Assembly (NCBI RefSeq): GCF_001194135.2
Contig: NC_068983.1
Coordinates: 24,230,802 to 24,294,801, forward strand
Reading direction: 5' to 3'
Origin: Octopus bimaculoides
Taxonomy: Eukaryota
DNA length: 64,000 nt
In this document: piece by piece, positions 37,200-48,830 of the stretch
Position numbering within the stretch: position 1 is the first letter of the stretch
Layout: every line of letters starts with the position of its first letter
Position numbers and translations under genes: made by a program
The notes under the pieces: model-generated
What the model saw: only the letters and a program-made list of their open reading frames with translations
What the model was told of the DNA's origin: nothing
Database searches by the model: none

Positions 37200-38070
37200 T
37201 ACAGCATTTTGTAAATATATTGTCATCTAAATTACACAGAAATGTAAATAACACGGACATCTTTTAACATTTACCAAAATTACATAAAAGCATCTTGAAA
37301 TACTAAAGAGTAAATATTTTCAATAAAATCGCCATTGGCTTCAACCATGGCCTCCAGATGACTTTGGAATCTCCTGCAACTCTTCTGGATGGTCTCCTTG
37401 TTGAAATTGGTGAATACTGCCATAATCCTTGCCTTCAGTTTGTCTTTGGTGTTACAAGGAGTTTTGTTGGTCTTTCGCTCAACTGTGCCCACACATAATA
37501 ATCAAGAGGGTTGCAGTCTGGGGAGTTAGGTAGCCAAATATTAGGGGTGATGTGGTCGTAGGAATTGTCTGACAGCCATGACTGAGTTTTCCTGCTTGTG
37601 TGGCATGGTACAGAGTTCTATTGCCGGGCAGGGTCTTCCTTGTTCGCCCAGGGTAGCACTACCTCTTCCAGGCCCTTGATGTAGGACTCCGTGTTGAGTG
37701 CGAGGCCATGTGGGAAGCTGAATGGAAGGCATAACGTCACCATCATTAGTGAACATTCCAGACACCATGATGTGGACTGGATGTTTGATTTTTTATCACT
37801 CTTGTTACATGTTCTTGGATTGCATTGTCCTCAGATTGACACCCAAACACTCTGAAATGTTCATATTGGACTTTCTGGCATGAATGCCAAGTAGTACACC
37901 ACATCATTTCCAAGTTCCTGGTGGAGTGAATTGCATCATGGTGCTGTTTTTCTCACAGATGGTGCCCAACTGATCCTACTATACTGTGTAGTCAACAAAA
38001 TCAAAAACAAACAATGCGTATGTGCAAAATTAAAAATATAAAATAGCAAGAATTTACCCATGGTCTATAT
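37200..38070 (-). mobile_element. Internally deleted Tc1/mariner DD37D (maT)-like transposon
   Basis: Minus: N-terminal relic MMQFTPPGTWK*...GIHARKSNMNISECLGVNLRT jumps to KIKHPVHIMV...DGDVMP...TQSWLSDN...WLPNSPDCNPLDYYVWGTVERKTN...LKARIMAVF...SCRRFQSHLEAMVEANGDFIE. A related terminus lies at ~60560-60615. Confidence 0.85.
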
Positions 38071-39079
38071 ATACATACATGTCTATCTATNNNNNNNNNN
38101 NNNNNNNNNNNNNNNNNNNNNNNNNNNNNNNNNNNNNNNNNNNNNNNNNNNNNNNNNNNNNNNNNNNNNNNNNNNNNNNNNNNNNNNNNNNNNNNNNNNN
38201 NNNNNNNNNNNNNNNNNNNNNNNNNNNNNNNNNNNNNNNNNNNNNNNNNNNNNNNNNNNNNNNNNNNNNNNNNNNNNNNNNNNNNNNNNNNNNNNNNNNN
38301 NNNNNNNNNNNNNNNNNNNNNNNNNNNNNNNNNNNNNNNNNNNNNNNNNNNNNNNNNNNNNNNNNNNNNNNNNNNNNNNNNNNNNNNNNNNNNNNNNNNN
38401 NNNNNNNNNNNNNNNNNNNNNNNNNNNNNNNNNNNNNNNNNNNNNNNNNNNNNNNNNNNNNNNNNNNNNNNNNNNNNNNNNNNNNNNNNNNNNNNNNNNN
38501 NNNNNNNNNNNNNNNNNNNNNNNNNNNNNNNNNNNNNNNNNNNNNNNNNNNNNNNNNNNNNNNNNNNNNNNNNNNNNNNNNNNNNNNNNNNNNNNNNNNN
38601 NNNNNNNNNNNNNNNNNNNNNNNNNNNNNNNNNNNNNNNNNNNNNNNNNNNNNNNNNNNNNNNNNNNNNNNNNNNNNNNNNNNNNNNNNNNNNNNNNNNN
38701 NNNNNNNNNNNNNNNNNNNNNNNNNNNNNNNNNNNNNNNNNNNNNNNNNNNNNNNNNNNNNNNNNNNNNNNNNNNNNNNNNNNNNNNNNNNNNNNNNNNN
38801 NNNNNNNNNNNNNNNNNNNNNNNNNNNNNNNNNNNNNNNNNNNNNNNNNNNNNNNNNNNNNNNNNNNNNNNNNNNNNNNNNNNNNNNNNNNNNNNNNNNN
38901 NNNNNNNNNNNNNNNNNNNNNNNNNNNNNNNNNNNNNNNNNNNNNNNNNNNNNNNNNNNNNNNNNNNNNNNNNNNNNNNNNNNNNNNNNNNNNNNNNNNN
39001 NNNNNNNNNNNNNNNNNNNNNNNNNNNNNNNNNNNNNNNNNNNNNNNNNNNNNNNNNNNNNNNNNNNNNNNNNNNNNNN

Positions 39080-39150
<71 letters not shown>

Positions 39151-39879
39151 TGTCTATCTATATTATATATCTATCTATCTATCTATCAATTTTATATGTA
39201 TATCTATATATCTCTGTATGTATGTATACCTGTATGTATGTATTTATATGTTTGTTTTTTACAAGAGCAAAATTTCACTGTATACCCTTGTATTAGAAAT
39301 GTCTAACATCTATTAAGTGTATGTGTGCATGGTATCTTGAATTATGCACCCAGATAAAAAGGTTTCTTGTAGTCAGTCGTGGTTTGGTAAATCTACTCAT
39401 AAGGAATCTGAATTACCATGTATCAAGTGAGTTATATATAATGCAGTTGATGCTTACATGCGTATATAGACAGATTAGTGTTTGTGTATGCGTGTGTGTG
39501 TGTGTGTGTGTGTGCATGTGTATATCATCATCATCACCGTCATCATCATTTTGATCATTGTTTTTAATGTCTGTTTTTCCTGTGCCAACATGAATTATGA
39601 GTTGGAAGAAACTTCTTAGGAGCAGTATGCTATGGTATGAGGCCCTTCTTGATGCCAACCATTTGTCTTCAAGTAAGGCACATTGTTTTATGTATTTGCA
39701 GTTTAAACCACTACTAGTGGGTCACATGAACAATGTCACAATGACCCAAGTGCTGTCAATGCAAAAAAAAACACATGGAGACAAATACACACATGCATAC
39801 ATGTACACATATACATTTACTTATACACTTTTGTGTGTATGCGTGTAGGGCATAGTTAGATTAATAACCTGGCGTAGAA

Positions 39880-40246
39880 CTCAGTGTACCTACAGTGCAG
39901 GACACAGAGTTCGATGAGTATAGAGTGGGAATAGAAAACAAAGATATGACACTGGAAAAAACAAATGTTATAGAGGCAATGACGAAAGACCAAGACCTCT
40001 GGAGATATGCTGTGACTGCGAAGACATGGCAAATAAAGTGAGTTCACGGCTGTGTCCTACACCATGGCCTTCGTGCGGGTGACACGTAAAAGTACCCACT
40101 ACACACTCTGAGTGGTTGGCGTTAGGAAGGGCATCCAGCTGTAGAAACTCTGCCAAGTCAGACTGGAGCCTGGTGTAGCCATCTGATTTCACCAGTCCTC
40201 AGTCAAATCGTCCAACCCATGCTAGCATGGAAAGTGGACGTTAAAC

Positions 40247-40297
<51 letters not shown>

Positions 40298-40300
40298 ATA
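39880..40300 (+). mobile_element. RTE-clade LINE 3' end including ORF C-terminus
   Basis: LEKTNVIEAMTKDQDLWRYAVTAKTWQIK* (D.xxWRxxV motif) followed by the family C 3' UTR and a long (GAT)n tail. Confidence 0.9.
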
Positions 40301-40719
40301 TATNNNNNNNNNNNNNNNNNNNNNNNNNNNNNNNNNNNNNNNNNNNNNNNNNNNNNNNNNNNNNNNNNNNNNNNNNNNNNNNNNNNNNNNNNNNNNNNNN
40401 NNNNNNNNNNNNNNNNNNNNNNNNNNNNNNNNNNNNNNNNNNNNNNNNNNNNNNNNNNNNNNNNNNNNNNNNNNNNNNNNNNNNNNNNNNNNNNNNNNNN
40501 NNNNNNNNNNNNNNNNNNNNNNNNNNNNNNNNNNNNNNNNNNNNNNNNNNNNNNNNNNNNNNNNNNNNNNNNNNNNNNNNNNNNNNNNNNNNNNNNNNNN
40601 NNNNNNNNNNNNNNNNNNNNNNNNNNNNNNNNNNNNNNNNNNNNNNNNNNNNNNNNNNNNNNNNNNNNNNNNNNNNNNNNNNNNNNNNNNNNNNNNNNNN
40701 NNNNNNNNNNNNNNNNNNN

Positions 40720-40757
<38 letters not shown>

Positions 40758-40761
<4 letters not shown>

Positions 40762-40977
40762 TGCTGGTGTGGCTGTGTGGTAAGAAGCTTGCTTCCCAAC
40801 CACATGGTTCCAGGTTCAGTCTCACTGCATAGCACCTTGAGCAAGTGTCTTCTACTATAGCATCTACCCGACTACAGCTTTGTGAGTGGATTTAGTTGAT
40901 GGAAACTCTACTATAACACTGAGCTGACCAAAGCCTTGTGAGAAGATTTGATAGATGAAAACTGAAAGAAGCTTGTC

Positions 40978-41011
<34 letters not shown>

Positions 41012-41287
41012 ATACATGTGTGTGCCTGTGGGTGGTTGTATGTTTGTATCTCCTTGTCTTGACATTGTATGATAGCTGTAAATAAGTGCCACTACTATAC
41101 AAGCAATGTCATTCATTTCAATGTTGTGCAAGAATATTTCCCCTGGCTAGCAGGGGAAATATTACCTTGCTTGGAAACAGGTGAGGGTTGGTTACAGGAA
41201 GGGCGATTGATCTTGGAAAATCTGCCTCAAGGAACTCCATCTGACCCATGCAAGCATGAAAATGTGGATGTTAAATGAATGATGATG
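40758..41287 (+). mobile_element. Chimeric SINE: family A head + microsatellite + RTE-type tail
   Basis: Same architecture as 26035-26530; ends GACCCATGCAAGCATGAAAATGTGGATGTTAAATGAATGATGATG. Confidence 0.85.
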
Positions 41288-42477
41288 TATGCTTTGTTTC
41301 ACTGATATATTTATTCATAAGAGGATAACTTTTCAGTTAGGATACTTATATGATCTACATGTTAAAGGGACAAACAATTGAGGGGGACCCCCTCATCCAC
41401 TTTGGTTACTCAACCTGCTAGAAATAGCAACTGTACATTCTTCAAACTATATGTTACCATCTTAGAAAAGAGCATATTGGATCATATTAATCCAAAATAT
41501 TCCATTTCTGAAAAAAAAAAAAAAATGGAAGGTTTATCATGCTTGGCTTTCCTTTGATCATTCATATATGACGGCTGATTTGGGGGTGAAACAACATGAT
41601 GAAGAGCTAAATCTTATTTATTAAGAGTAGTAATACATGGATGACGGTCTGTTGTTATTGGAAGACATCAAAGAAAATTATATTTTGCATGTCTATATTT
41701 CTAGGAAGAGTTGTATGAAAATATATTGATTTTTACAGCTCATTTTTTTGATTTGTTTCGTAGTTGTATTCACACGACATTTCAAACGATCAGCTTTTAT
41801 TTTGTTCTTTACTTGTTACATAGTATTTTGGAAAAGGAAGGAACATTTTATGCATCTATCTACACCTGTCTCTCTGCTTGGACTTTTCCTTTTGTTTATT
41901 TTAAGTTGTAACCGATTTTCATTCTTCAACTTAAATGTTAATTGATTTTTGTAAAAATTGGTTTTGGATACAATGATATGCGTATTTATTCTTAATATAT
42001 TTGAGCAGATTTGAATGCAAATATGCTAGTCACTCTTGTGTGTGTCACAGGAGGACAACTTTATGACAATGTGTTCAGAAGACAGCTCATTGGTACAAGG
42101 GATTCTGGGACACTGGTGTTTCAACATGTGTTGTGTGCTTTGTATCTTAATTGGGATTCTACAAATATGATTGTACCTCAGGTACAGGTATATCTGTAAA
42201 GAAGTTTGCTTCACAGTTATATAATTTTGGATTCAGTTTCACAGCAAGGCACCTTGGGTAAGGGTCTTCTACTGTTGCCCTGTTGGATAAATTGGATTTG
42301 TGGTCAACTTTGCTATTCATATTTCTGGGAGAGATAAAATAAGAACTACCCAGAATCAGGGTCAATTAAAGTAACTTCTCCCCATCCACCGAAATTTCTT
42401 GCCTTGTTCCTCTGTTACAAACTGTTTTTATTGTAACTCTCTTTAAAACGACAAGCTCATAAAATTGTTAGCATGTG

Positions 42478-42890
42478 TTAGGTGCAGGAGTGGCTGTGTG
42501 GTAAGTAGCTTGCTTACTAACCACATGGTTCCGGGTTCAGTCCCACTGCATGGCACCTTGGGCAAGTGTCTTCTACTATAGCCTCGGGCTGACCAAAGCC
42601 TTTTGAGTGGATTTGGTAGATGGAAACTGAAAGAAGCCTGTCACATATATATATATATGTATATGTGTGTATATGTTTGTGTGTCTGTGTTTATCCCCAC
42701 AACATCGCTTGACAACCGATGCTGGTGTGTTTAACGTCCCCGTAACTTAGCGGTTCAGCAAGTGAGACTGATAGAATAAGTACTAGGCTTACAAAGAATA
42801 AGACCTGGGGTTGATTTGCTCAACTAAAGGCGGTGCTCCAGCATGGCCGCAATCAAATGACTGAAACGAATAAAAGAATAAAAGAAAGAA
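42478..42890 (+). mobile_element. SINE family A, young full-length copy
   Basis: AGGTGCAGGAGTGGCTGTGTGG ... GACTGAAACGAATAAAAGAATAAAAGAA. Confidence 0.95.
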
Positions 42891-43327
42891 AAAGTATTGC
42901 TATTTAGTCCTGATTGAGCAAACGTACAAAAAGTGTTCCAGCTATGATTACACCATCTTTTATTCAGATTTATAGTACCTAGGTTATATAACGTTTCCTT
43001 TCTTTTTAAAGATGGTGAAGCATAAATTGACTACTCTTTCTAGCAACTTGAGCAACTACTTGTAGGCTCCCTCATCAGCTCATTTTCACTATATTTTGAC
43101 ATCTTTGGTACTGAATATATGTATGATTTACAAAGAGTTTATTCAGATGCTTTACACATAACTTATTGTTGTTGGGCAGTTGATTGTAAACATGTTTCTG
43201 TCACAAGAAATGGGAATAAAAAGCAATTGTAATTTTAGATAAACAGGATCATTAAAAGCAGGTTTGGATGACTTCCTTCAGTATTCAAAAGTTGAATTTA
43301 TCCAATGATAATTACAGATATCTGAAG

Positions 43328-43415
43328 GAAAATATTATATTACTTCTTTATATACATAGATGAGAAATAAGAAAATATTATATTACTTCTTTATATACAT
43401 AGATGAGAAATAAGA
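43328..43415. repeat. Perfect ~43-bp tandem duplication
   Basis: aaaatattatattacttctttatatacatagatgagaaataag x2. Confidence 0.93.
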
Positions 43416-43683
43416 ACACACACAAGTATATATCATAACTCTTATAACTAAATGTAGTTGGAATAGCTATTGCAGGGCTCCAAACAGCCATAAAGGTGAA
43501 ATGCATGTAGGAACTATCAAATAAATTTTGCGTTCATTCTTATTTCTCTTACATTTGCTCAATATTTCATAAATACTAATACTACTTAGTATAGAAGTTA
43601 CTTAACCACTATACTGGAAGCAGACTGGAATATGATAATATATATGGAGTGTTAAATATAACGGTAGCAGTAGTACATCTATG

Positions 43684-43811
43684 TGTACACAGGCATGGCT
43701 GTGTGGTAAGAAGCTTGCTTCCCAACTACATGGCTGACCAAAGACTTGTGAGTGGATTTGGTAGACAGAAACTGAAAGAAGCCCTTCGTATATATATATA
43801 TATATATATAT
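43684..43811 (+). mobile_element. SINE family A head (internal deletion), running into gap
   Basis: GGCATGGCTGTGTGGTAAG...GAAAGAAGCCCTTCG(TA)n. Confidence 0.85.
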
Positions 43812-45021
43812 NNNNNNNNNNNNNNNNNNNNNNNNNNNNNNNNNNNNNNNNNNNNNNNNNNNNNNNNNNNNNNNNNNNNNNNNNNNNNNNNNNNNNNNNN
43901 NNNNNNNNNNNNNNNNNNNNNNNNNNNNNNNNNNNNNNNNNNNNNNNNNNNNNNNNNNNNNNNNNNNNNNNNNNNNNNNNNNNNNNNNNNNNNNNNNNNN
44001 NNNNNNNNNNNNNNNNNNNNNNNNNNNNNNNNNNNNNNNNNNNNNNNNNNNNNNNNNNNNNNNNNNNNNNNNNNNNNNNNNNNNNNNNNNNNNNNNNNNN
44101 NNNNNNNNNNNNNNNNNNNNNNNNNNNNNNNNNNNNNNNNNNNNNNNNNNNNNNNNNNNNNNNNNNNNNNNNNNNNNNNNNNNNNNNNNNNNNNNNNNNN
44201 NNNNNNNNNNNNNNNNNNNNNNNNNNNNNNNNNNNNNNNNNNNNNNNNNNNNNNNNNNNNNNNNNNNNNNNNNNNNNNNNNNNNNNNNNNNATATACACA
44301 TGCATGGTAAAATTTATAAAACGAGTACAGTAAACTTTCTGTGAGCAGTGGAAATTTTAATGTTTCAGAAAGTCATTTCTCAGAGAAATGCAGACGGGAG
44401 AGGAATTAGTGAGGGACAAGTGAACGTTTTCTCTCTTCTGAACTTTTCCCTGAGAAAAGACTCAGTCCGAAATGGATGTTTCCACTCTCTATTTTTATTC
44501 AACTTTCTTAAATTACACAAGTCTTGCTGATGCAGACATTAGTCAGTTTGGAGTCTTATATATATATATTCAAACCTTTTAAATGTATATTCTATGAGTA
44601 TATGCTATTATATATATATTATATATGATATATATAACAAACATTACTTTATAGAAAATTTTCAACAAATTATACATTTATAAACATTGACAACTAAATT
44701 GTTTTTATATAAAATGTGTAAAAAAAATAGAGTATAAACTTATAAATTTCTTATATCTACTTATAAAATGCAGTTTGATTTAGTGCAAGCCAAAATATAT
44801 TTGCAGGAGGTTTTTTCAAAAGTATAACTTATCTAAAATTTTGCAATCGTATATGTTTATATTTAGAAGTGTGTGGTGTTTGTATCGAATCATTATTGAG
44901 AGAGTGTTGCGTTGCCTATTTGTGAGAAGCAAATAAATCTAACAGAAAATATAGACAGACATTTTTATTTATTTATTTATGTTTTTTTCTTTCTTTGTTA
45001 CAATCTGCCATTTCTGTCCAG

Positions 45022-45054
45022 ATAAATTGTTATAAAGGAGCAGACACACATACA
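45022..45054 (+). CDS. Candidate 33-nt symmetric exon INCYKGADTHT
   Basis: Long pyrimidine tract ending tttctgtccag, donor ACA|gtaagg; only frame 0 is open. Confidence 0.25.
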
Positions 45055-45213
45055 GTAAGGTGAATATTGGCAAAGTATAATTTCTATTGCACCAAAATCT
45101 TCATCTTGACTTCGTTACTGTGACGCAGAGGAAATTACAATAATGTTGCTGACCACTCTCCCTCTCTCTGTCTCTCTCCCATTTGTTTATGCATGCACAC
45201 ACAGACACACTCA

Positions 45214-45421
45214 TGATTGGGTGCTGAAAAGTTCCTGGCTTTAAGTGTATCAAGAAAAGCCTGGTTGGAGACAAAACGTTCCGAGTTCTTTTACAGGGCT
45301 TAGAAAAACTGAAGGACCACCATGTGAATCTGAAAGGATAATATGTTAAATGAAATCATAATTAACTGATCCTCTTGTATTTTCTTTTACCTAAAGCCTG
45401 GAACTTTTCAGTACCCATTCG
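45214..45421 (+). mobile_element. Mariner-derived MITE (~210 bp)
   Basis: TIRs TGATTGGGTGCTGAAAAGTTCCTGGCTTTA / TAAAGCCTGGAACTTTTCAGTACCCATTCG; TA at right flank; remnant of a transposase C-terminus (GLEKLKD...VNLKG*YVK*). Confidence 0.88.
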
Positions 45422-46167
45422 TACACATACATGTGCATGCATGTTTGACAGCTTCTTATTGCTAGAGTAATTAAATACCTATCAGCCCTACAATTACTAC
45501 CATACAAACTAAGTACATAATTTAAGTCTTTGACTCCATCTTTGTTGTTACCTTATAACACATGCAGTTGTCTTGCATCTGTCTCTACTGTCCAGTGTAT
45601 TTTGGTATGTTTAGCAGTTTATTGGTGACCTGAATGTAGAAAAGTTGTTTTCCTTTATTTGTTTTAGTAATTTGGGTTGCATCCCTGCTGGGAAACTGCT
45701 AAGAAGAGTTTTAGGTGAACAATTTGGACCCAGTACTTTTTTTTTTTTTTTTAAGTCTGGTTGGTACCTTAATCTGTCAGTTTCTTTTGCTGAAACGTTA
45801 ACTTACATGAACGTAAACAAACCAACATCAGTTGTCAAGTGGACAAACTTGGAAACGTGGGGTAATGTCCTATTTTAACGTTGTGAATTATTTGCACTAT
45901 CAAAATTAAAAATTAAAAGATAAAATTAAAAATATATACAAAATAGTAAAATAAAAAAGTTATTAACTTTTAAATTTTTATGTAGAAAATGGTATGCAAG
46001 TTTTAAAAAAATGAAAAATTTAAACAAATTAAAAATATTTTAATTATCCCACAATTATATGATATTACTGTACCATTTTCTGCTTCAAAAGTTAAATATG
46101 TTTCAATTTTTTTATTCTACCAATATTTTAGCTTTGTTTTTTACTAGTAACATGTATTATATATATA

Positions 46168-46806
46168 TCAGGTCATCCCATAAGTTCTGTCTGAATTTTG
46201 AATAAAGAAAACAAGTGATCAAATGTTATATTTAATTGAAATTTAATCATCAATATACTTTCCGTCATTATCTATGATTTCCTTCCATCTATTTACAAGT
46301 TTTCAAATCCTATCAATGTAGAACTCTTTTGGTTTCAATGTGAAGAACTCTGAAATGTCAGTCTCGACCTCCTCCTGGCTTGCGAAAGTTATGTCCCCCA
46401 AATGATTCTGTAAACTACAAAACAAATGGTAGTCTGAAGGAGCAAGGTCAGGAGAATAAGGTGGATGAGGAATTTTTTTCCCAACCAAGCTCTTCGATCT
46501 TCTGTGATGTGATCTTTGCAGTGTGGGGTCACGCATTGTCCTGATGAAACATCACTCTTTTTTTCTTCAAAGCTTGGTTCAAATGCTCTAATTGCTGACA
46601 GTAGACTTGAGCATTGATTGTTGCATTAGGTGGTAGCAATTCAAAGTGAATTACTCCTTTGCAATCCCACCAGATAGAGAAAAGAAACTTTTTTCCATGA
46701 AGTTCCCTTCTCGGTTGTGGTTGAGCTTTTTCCCTTTTACAAAGCCACTGTTTACGACATTTAACATTTTGATAGAAGATCCATTTTTCGTCAACAGTCA
46801 CAAGTT
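46168..46806 (-). mobile_element. Mariner transposon, 3' half (different subfamily from 16570-17819)
   Basis: VTVDEKWIFY...FSIWWDCKGVIHFELL...VMFHQDNA...IPHPPYSPDLAPSDYHLFCSLQNHL...RWKEIIDNDGKYIDD*; TIR TCAGGTCATCCCATAAGTTCTG next to TA; cut off by a SINE head at ~46806. Confidence 0.93.
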
Positions 46807-47063
46807 GCAAAGTGAGCTTCTTAACCACATATCCATACCTAAATGTATGAACATTCTCTGCAGGTTATAACCTTAAAAAAGTGGGTGAGAACAGTGATCC
46901 TTGGGTAATGCTTTTCATTCAAACACTGGTTTCCAAATAAAAAAAAGTATATATGATTTCAAAGTTATGTTTTTGAAGAAACTTGTAGATATGTTTAATA
47001 TTGAATGAAATAAAATAACATTTAATAGGTGTTATGAGTATTGTAAATTTATGTATATTTTTT

Positions 47064-47282
47064 ATCTTTTACTTGTTTCAGTCATTAGACTGCGGCCATG
47101 CTGGGTCACAGCTTTGAAGGGTTTAGTTGAACAAATTGACCCCAGTACTTATTTCGTCTTTTTTTCCTCAAAACCCAGTACTTATTCTATCAATTCCTTT
47201 TGCTGAACTGCTAAGTTAAATGGACGTAAAAGAAAACAAAAATGGTTGTCAAGCAGTGGTGGAGGACAAACACAAACTCAAA

Positions 47283-47349
<67 letters not shown>

Positions 47350-47505
47350 CTTCTTCCAGTTTTTGTTTACCAAATCTACTCATAAGCCTTTGTAGGCCTG
47401 GGGCTATAGGAGAAGAGATTTGCCTAAGGTGCCGTGTTGTGGGACTGAACTTGGATCCTTGTGGCTGGGAAGTAAAAATTCTCACCACACAGCCACACCT
47501 GTGTC
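47064..47505 (-). mobile_element. SINE family A with long (CA)n
   Basis: Consensus match. Confidence 0.9.
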
Positions 47506-47889
47506 TATAAACCAAATCTGTACTAATATATCTGCAATTTTGTTGGTAGTGTGTATAATTACATCATTTACCTAAAATTTTTTACAAAGCAGCATTTGTT
47601 ATTTGTCCGTTTGTTTTACATCTGTTTTTCTATGCTGGTATAGGTTAGAAGGATGATTATTTGAAGCAGTATTTTTACAACTCGATGTTTCTTCTTGTCA
47701 CCAAGCCTTTCTTGATGTACAACTAATTCCAGTACCTTGAAAGCATAGAGCTATAGGATGTATGCTCATTGGGAATACAAACACGAGACCTTTTTGTTTT
47801 TGTTCAGATGAACTCTCTTATGAATGACAACATTCATGCATGTGTATGCATGCATACATACATACATATGCACACACACATAAGTCAGG

Positions 47890-48345
47890 TTTCTTTGCAG
47901 TTCCTCGTCATCATCATCCACTTTTCTATGCTTGCATGGGTTGAACAGAATTTATCAAGATGGATTTTCTACAGATGAATGTTGTTCCTTTCACCAACTC
48001 CTGCCAACCCTCTCCTATTTTCAAGTAAGGCAATATTCCCCATGACCAGACATATTTTCATGGAAGATTTAAAAGAAAGGATTCCATTTGCATGATGGAG
48101 ACATTTGCTTTACCACCATTGCATAAAGACAACACAAGGAAACAGTATCACACACACACACACACACACACATGCACTTATTTACGATGGGCTTCTTTCA
48201 GTTTCTAATTACCAATTTCACTCACACGGCATTGGTTGGCCCAAGGCTAGAGTAGAATACACTTGTCCAAGGTGCTATTCAGTGGGATTGAACCTATGCC
48301 CCTGTGGTCTCAAAGCTAACTTTTAACCATACAGACATTCCTGTC
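47890..48345 (-). mobile_element. Chimeric SINE (family A head + RTE-type tail)
   Basis: Reverse orientation of the 40758-41287 architecture. Confidence 0.8.
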
Positions 48346-48529
48346 ATTGTCATGCAATATACAAAACAAATACATGTATTCTACATAAGATTGGCAACTT
48401 CAAAGATAGTTTACTTCACTAGTATTTTGTATTGTTCCTTAATATCGTAGTCAAAAACAGAATGAAATGCCTTGGTGATGTCAGTGGTTGCTAGGATGGC
48501 CCAAACAGGCTTCTCTTTAGATGTTGTAT

Positions 48530-48830
48530 ATGCATACTATTCGTTGTGTAAGGTTTATTAATTGTGTAGCAGTTGAAAGAACTGACCTGGATTCATTTTT
48601 CATATTGAACTGAGGAATGTGTGAGTTCGGTTAGGAGTTCTCGGTTTGCAGGGGTGTTTGGTGGGTTTATATGATACTGTTTATGGTGGAGTCAATGAAA
48701 GTGATGAATGTGTGAGGTGGTGCGTGCTGTTTAAGATTTTTCAGTTTGCCTAAGGAAGTGGTGAGTTTGTATGATACTGTTTAGGCTGGAGTCATTGAGG
48801 AAATCTTGATGTCAATAGCTTCCAATGTTT
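48530..48830 (-). mobile_element. Old LINE-like relic
   Basis: A/C-rich minus strand with an internal repeat tatgatactgttta; no clear catalytic motif. Confidence 0.3.

Noticed and set aside
41482-41507. Minus-strand acceptor + EMEYFGLI* as a terminal exon
   Set aside because: The poly(T) tract and AG lie inside interspersed repeat family E.
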